A stretch of DNA of 24,501 nt from Macrostomum lignano (lineage: Eukaryota), in assembly GCA_002269645.1 (NCBI GenBank), contig NIVC01005157.1, positions 1-24,501 on the forward strand. The letters run 5' to 3'. Within the stretch, counting starts at the first letter, position 1. The number at the start of each line of letters is the position of its first letter. A program made the translations under genes and the position numbers. The notes below the pieces were generated by a model. That model had not been told where the DNA came from. It saw only the letters and a program-made list of their open reading frames with translations, and did not search any database. Below are positions 22,870-24,501 of this stretch, piece by piece.

Positions 22870-23440
22870 GTTGTGGCGCAATCATTTAGAATTGGAATTC
22901 AGCCAGTCAAGAATTCAACGCTGCTTGGCCTTCCATTAAAAGCATTTAGATAAACTTGTTTTTCGAATATTTAATACCTTTAGCATTGAAGCAGATTAAA
23001 GAAATTTTAGCTGTCCTCTTTCCAGATAATTAAAAAACTTTTGGCGAAAACGCGATCAAAATTGGTCAAGAATTGCAGTCTGTAGAGCGTTACGAAAAAC
23101 AGATCTTTGACGCTTAAAGAGCTCGCTGCTAGCCTCCAGAATAATTTTATTTTTGACCCCTGGTATGGTTGCGCAATTTAAATAGAGTAATTATCTGGCA
23201 GTGGGGCCCATGAGTTTTCTGATCAGTTCGCTCTGGCGCAATCATTAAAATTGGCTGTGAAATTTTTCGCTGATAAAATTTGTATTGAAAAAGCCCATTT
23301 AAAACAGTTTTTCGAATATTTAATCCCTTAAGCATTGAAGCAGATACAAGAAATTTTAACCATACAATCCCAGGCTGATTACGAATCTTTTGGCGAAAAC
23401 GCGATCAAAATCGGTGAAGAATTGCAATCTCTAGAGCGTT
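22870..23440 (-). repeat. Two diverged copies of the B 5'-subterminal block, 349 bp apart
   Basis: TTCGAATATTTAAT at 22962 and 23311; TTGGCGAAAACGCGATCAAAAT at 23041 and 23390. Confidence 0.85.
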
Positions 23441-23443
23441 ATG

Positions 23444-23561
23444 GACAAGCAAGCATTCAAACATACAAAGCTTAGAGATTTAGTATATTTAGATAGAAGA
23501 TAGATTAGATAGACAAGCAAGCATTCAAACATACAAACCTTAGAGATTTAGTATATTTAGA
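23444..23561 (-). repeat. Direct duplication of the 50-bp 5' terminus of unit B
   Basis: 23444-23493 and 23512-23561 differ at one base; 18-bp spacer TAGAAGATAGATTAGATA. Confidence 0.95.
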
Positions 23562-24501
23562 TTTTTACATACACATTGGTTAATGACAACTTGTATTGAA
23601 TTTAATTTGCGCCGAAAATTGTTGTTTTTATATTAATGCCCTACCATAACCATACATACAGAATAAACTGCATGACGCGTACTAAAACGAACACTATTTT
23701 GTACTGCAGTGGTCCTTGAAACAGATTTTATGAAAAATTATAATGGCGAAAACAAATAGATGTCTTTGTCTTTGTCTTGATTTTTCAACAGTCTGGCAAA
23801 GGTTTATGGTATAAGAACATAATTTTTAAGATACGGGCTTTAACAGTATAATATTTAGATAATAAAATAATAAAAAGAGCAAGTTTTAAATCTCTCATGC
23901 AATACGATGCATTGAAACTTCTTATTAATTCAAAAAGATAAATAAACCAATAAGAACCGCTGAGTGTAGGGAAAGAATAAAATGAAAGTTAGGGCTGTAT
24001 AGTTTTAAACAAGTACAGCAATTCATTGATTAAACAATTTAATAGTTAAACAATATTCAAGCAGCCACTATAATATTTTAATATTATGTTAGTCATATAA
24101 CAGTAAATCTCACTTTCTCAACGAATTTTGCGTTCGTTTCTCCTTCTCGCTCAGATTTTTAGTTTGGCTCTCTTTCGTTTGCACTTTCGCTTTGTCTTGG
24201 TTGTCCCTATTGTTGTCGCTTCTCAGCCAGTTCAAGAACTCTTTTTCTCAGCTTTGCAATAATCATTTACTCTGCTTTCGCTGTGAATCCAGGCGTCGCC
24301 AACAGAGGGTACATCTTTCCCTTGTAAAAGCTATACGGCCTCACCACCCAACGTGTGACCCAATATTGAAATCAATAATATTCCTTCGGCGAAAAATATA
24401 GTGCCTGGAATTCTGCTGCATTAATAATAAAACTAAGTACGTGTAAGACCAAAATGTGTTTCTGTGGCGCTACAAGTAGTGCCTGCGCCTAAATGAGTGC
24501 C

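Larger units (their letters stand above)
19086..23561 (-). mobile_element. Diverged non-autonomous Helitron-like unit B (~4.5 kb, possibly composite)
   Basis: 3' hairpin GCTCCCC-AGA-GGGGGGC (19097-19113) plus CTAG (19086-19089). 5' end TCTAAATATACTAAATCTC at 23561, preceded on the minus strand by A (23562), matching the Helitron A|T target rule. Shares motifs with the A units (TTTTCGAATATTTAAT, TATGGTT[A/G]CGCAATTTAAAT, AAAATCGGT, 30-bp repeat). Confidence 0.7.

Noticed and set aside
19387-23335. Other short ORFs (19387-19578, 19866-20069, 22062-22256, 22497-22850, 23147-23335)
   Set aside because: They are short, have no recognisable domains, and overlap repeats or element termini.
1-23561. 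TIR transposon/MITE, LTR element or Helentron (DINE-1/HINE) assignment
   Set aside because: I saw no terminal or subterminal inverted repeats and no target-site duplication. The ends are canonical TC and hairpin-CTAG, although the microsatellite-plus-tandem-repeat layout resembles DINE-1-like elements.
24100-24401. Possible exon or gene remnant in the right flank (purine-rich minus strand; 69-aa plus-strand ORF)
   Set aside because: The minus-strand frames I translated are interrupted by stops, the plus-strand ORF has a non-ATG start, and no motif was recognisable. TBLASTX or RNA-seq would be needed to revive it.

Overview
This is a eukaryotic-type, AT-rich repeat locus with no credible protein-coding gene. 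About 96% of the window (1-23561) is a head-to-tail chain of non-autonomous Helitron-like (rolling-circle) elements on the minus strand. Each has a 5'-TC end and a GC-rich hairpin followed by CTAG-3'; junctions are at 1279/1280, 5470/5471 and 19085/19086. Three units of subfamily 'A' (1-1279 partial, 1280-5470, 5471-19085) each carry an internal 22/23-bp satellite (ACATGACGCTTCTATGATT[G/-]TTT), of >0.66, ~2.4 and ~11.9 kb. The longest array shows a ~1.9-kb higher-order repeat and a homogenised domain. Each A unit has a degenerate tRNA-like Pol III cassette (A box, B box, oligo-dT) beside the satellite. The two complete A units also carry a CCCTAA telomere-like tract and relic internal copies of the terminator hairpin. 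The outermost unit, 'B' (19086-23561), is a diverged relative. It has amplified different internal repeats (30 bp and 22 bp), has its own tRNA-like cassette, and has duplicated 5' sequences. 23562-24501 looks like unique host flank. All supplied ORFs appear spurious. Scattered 1-bp indels may partly be long-read consensus errors. Family and species cannot be assigned without a database search.
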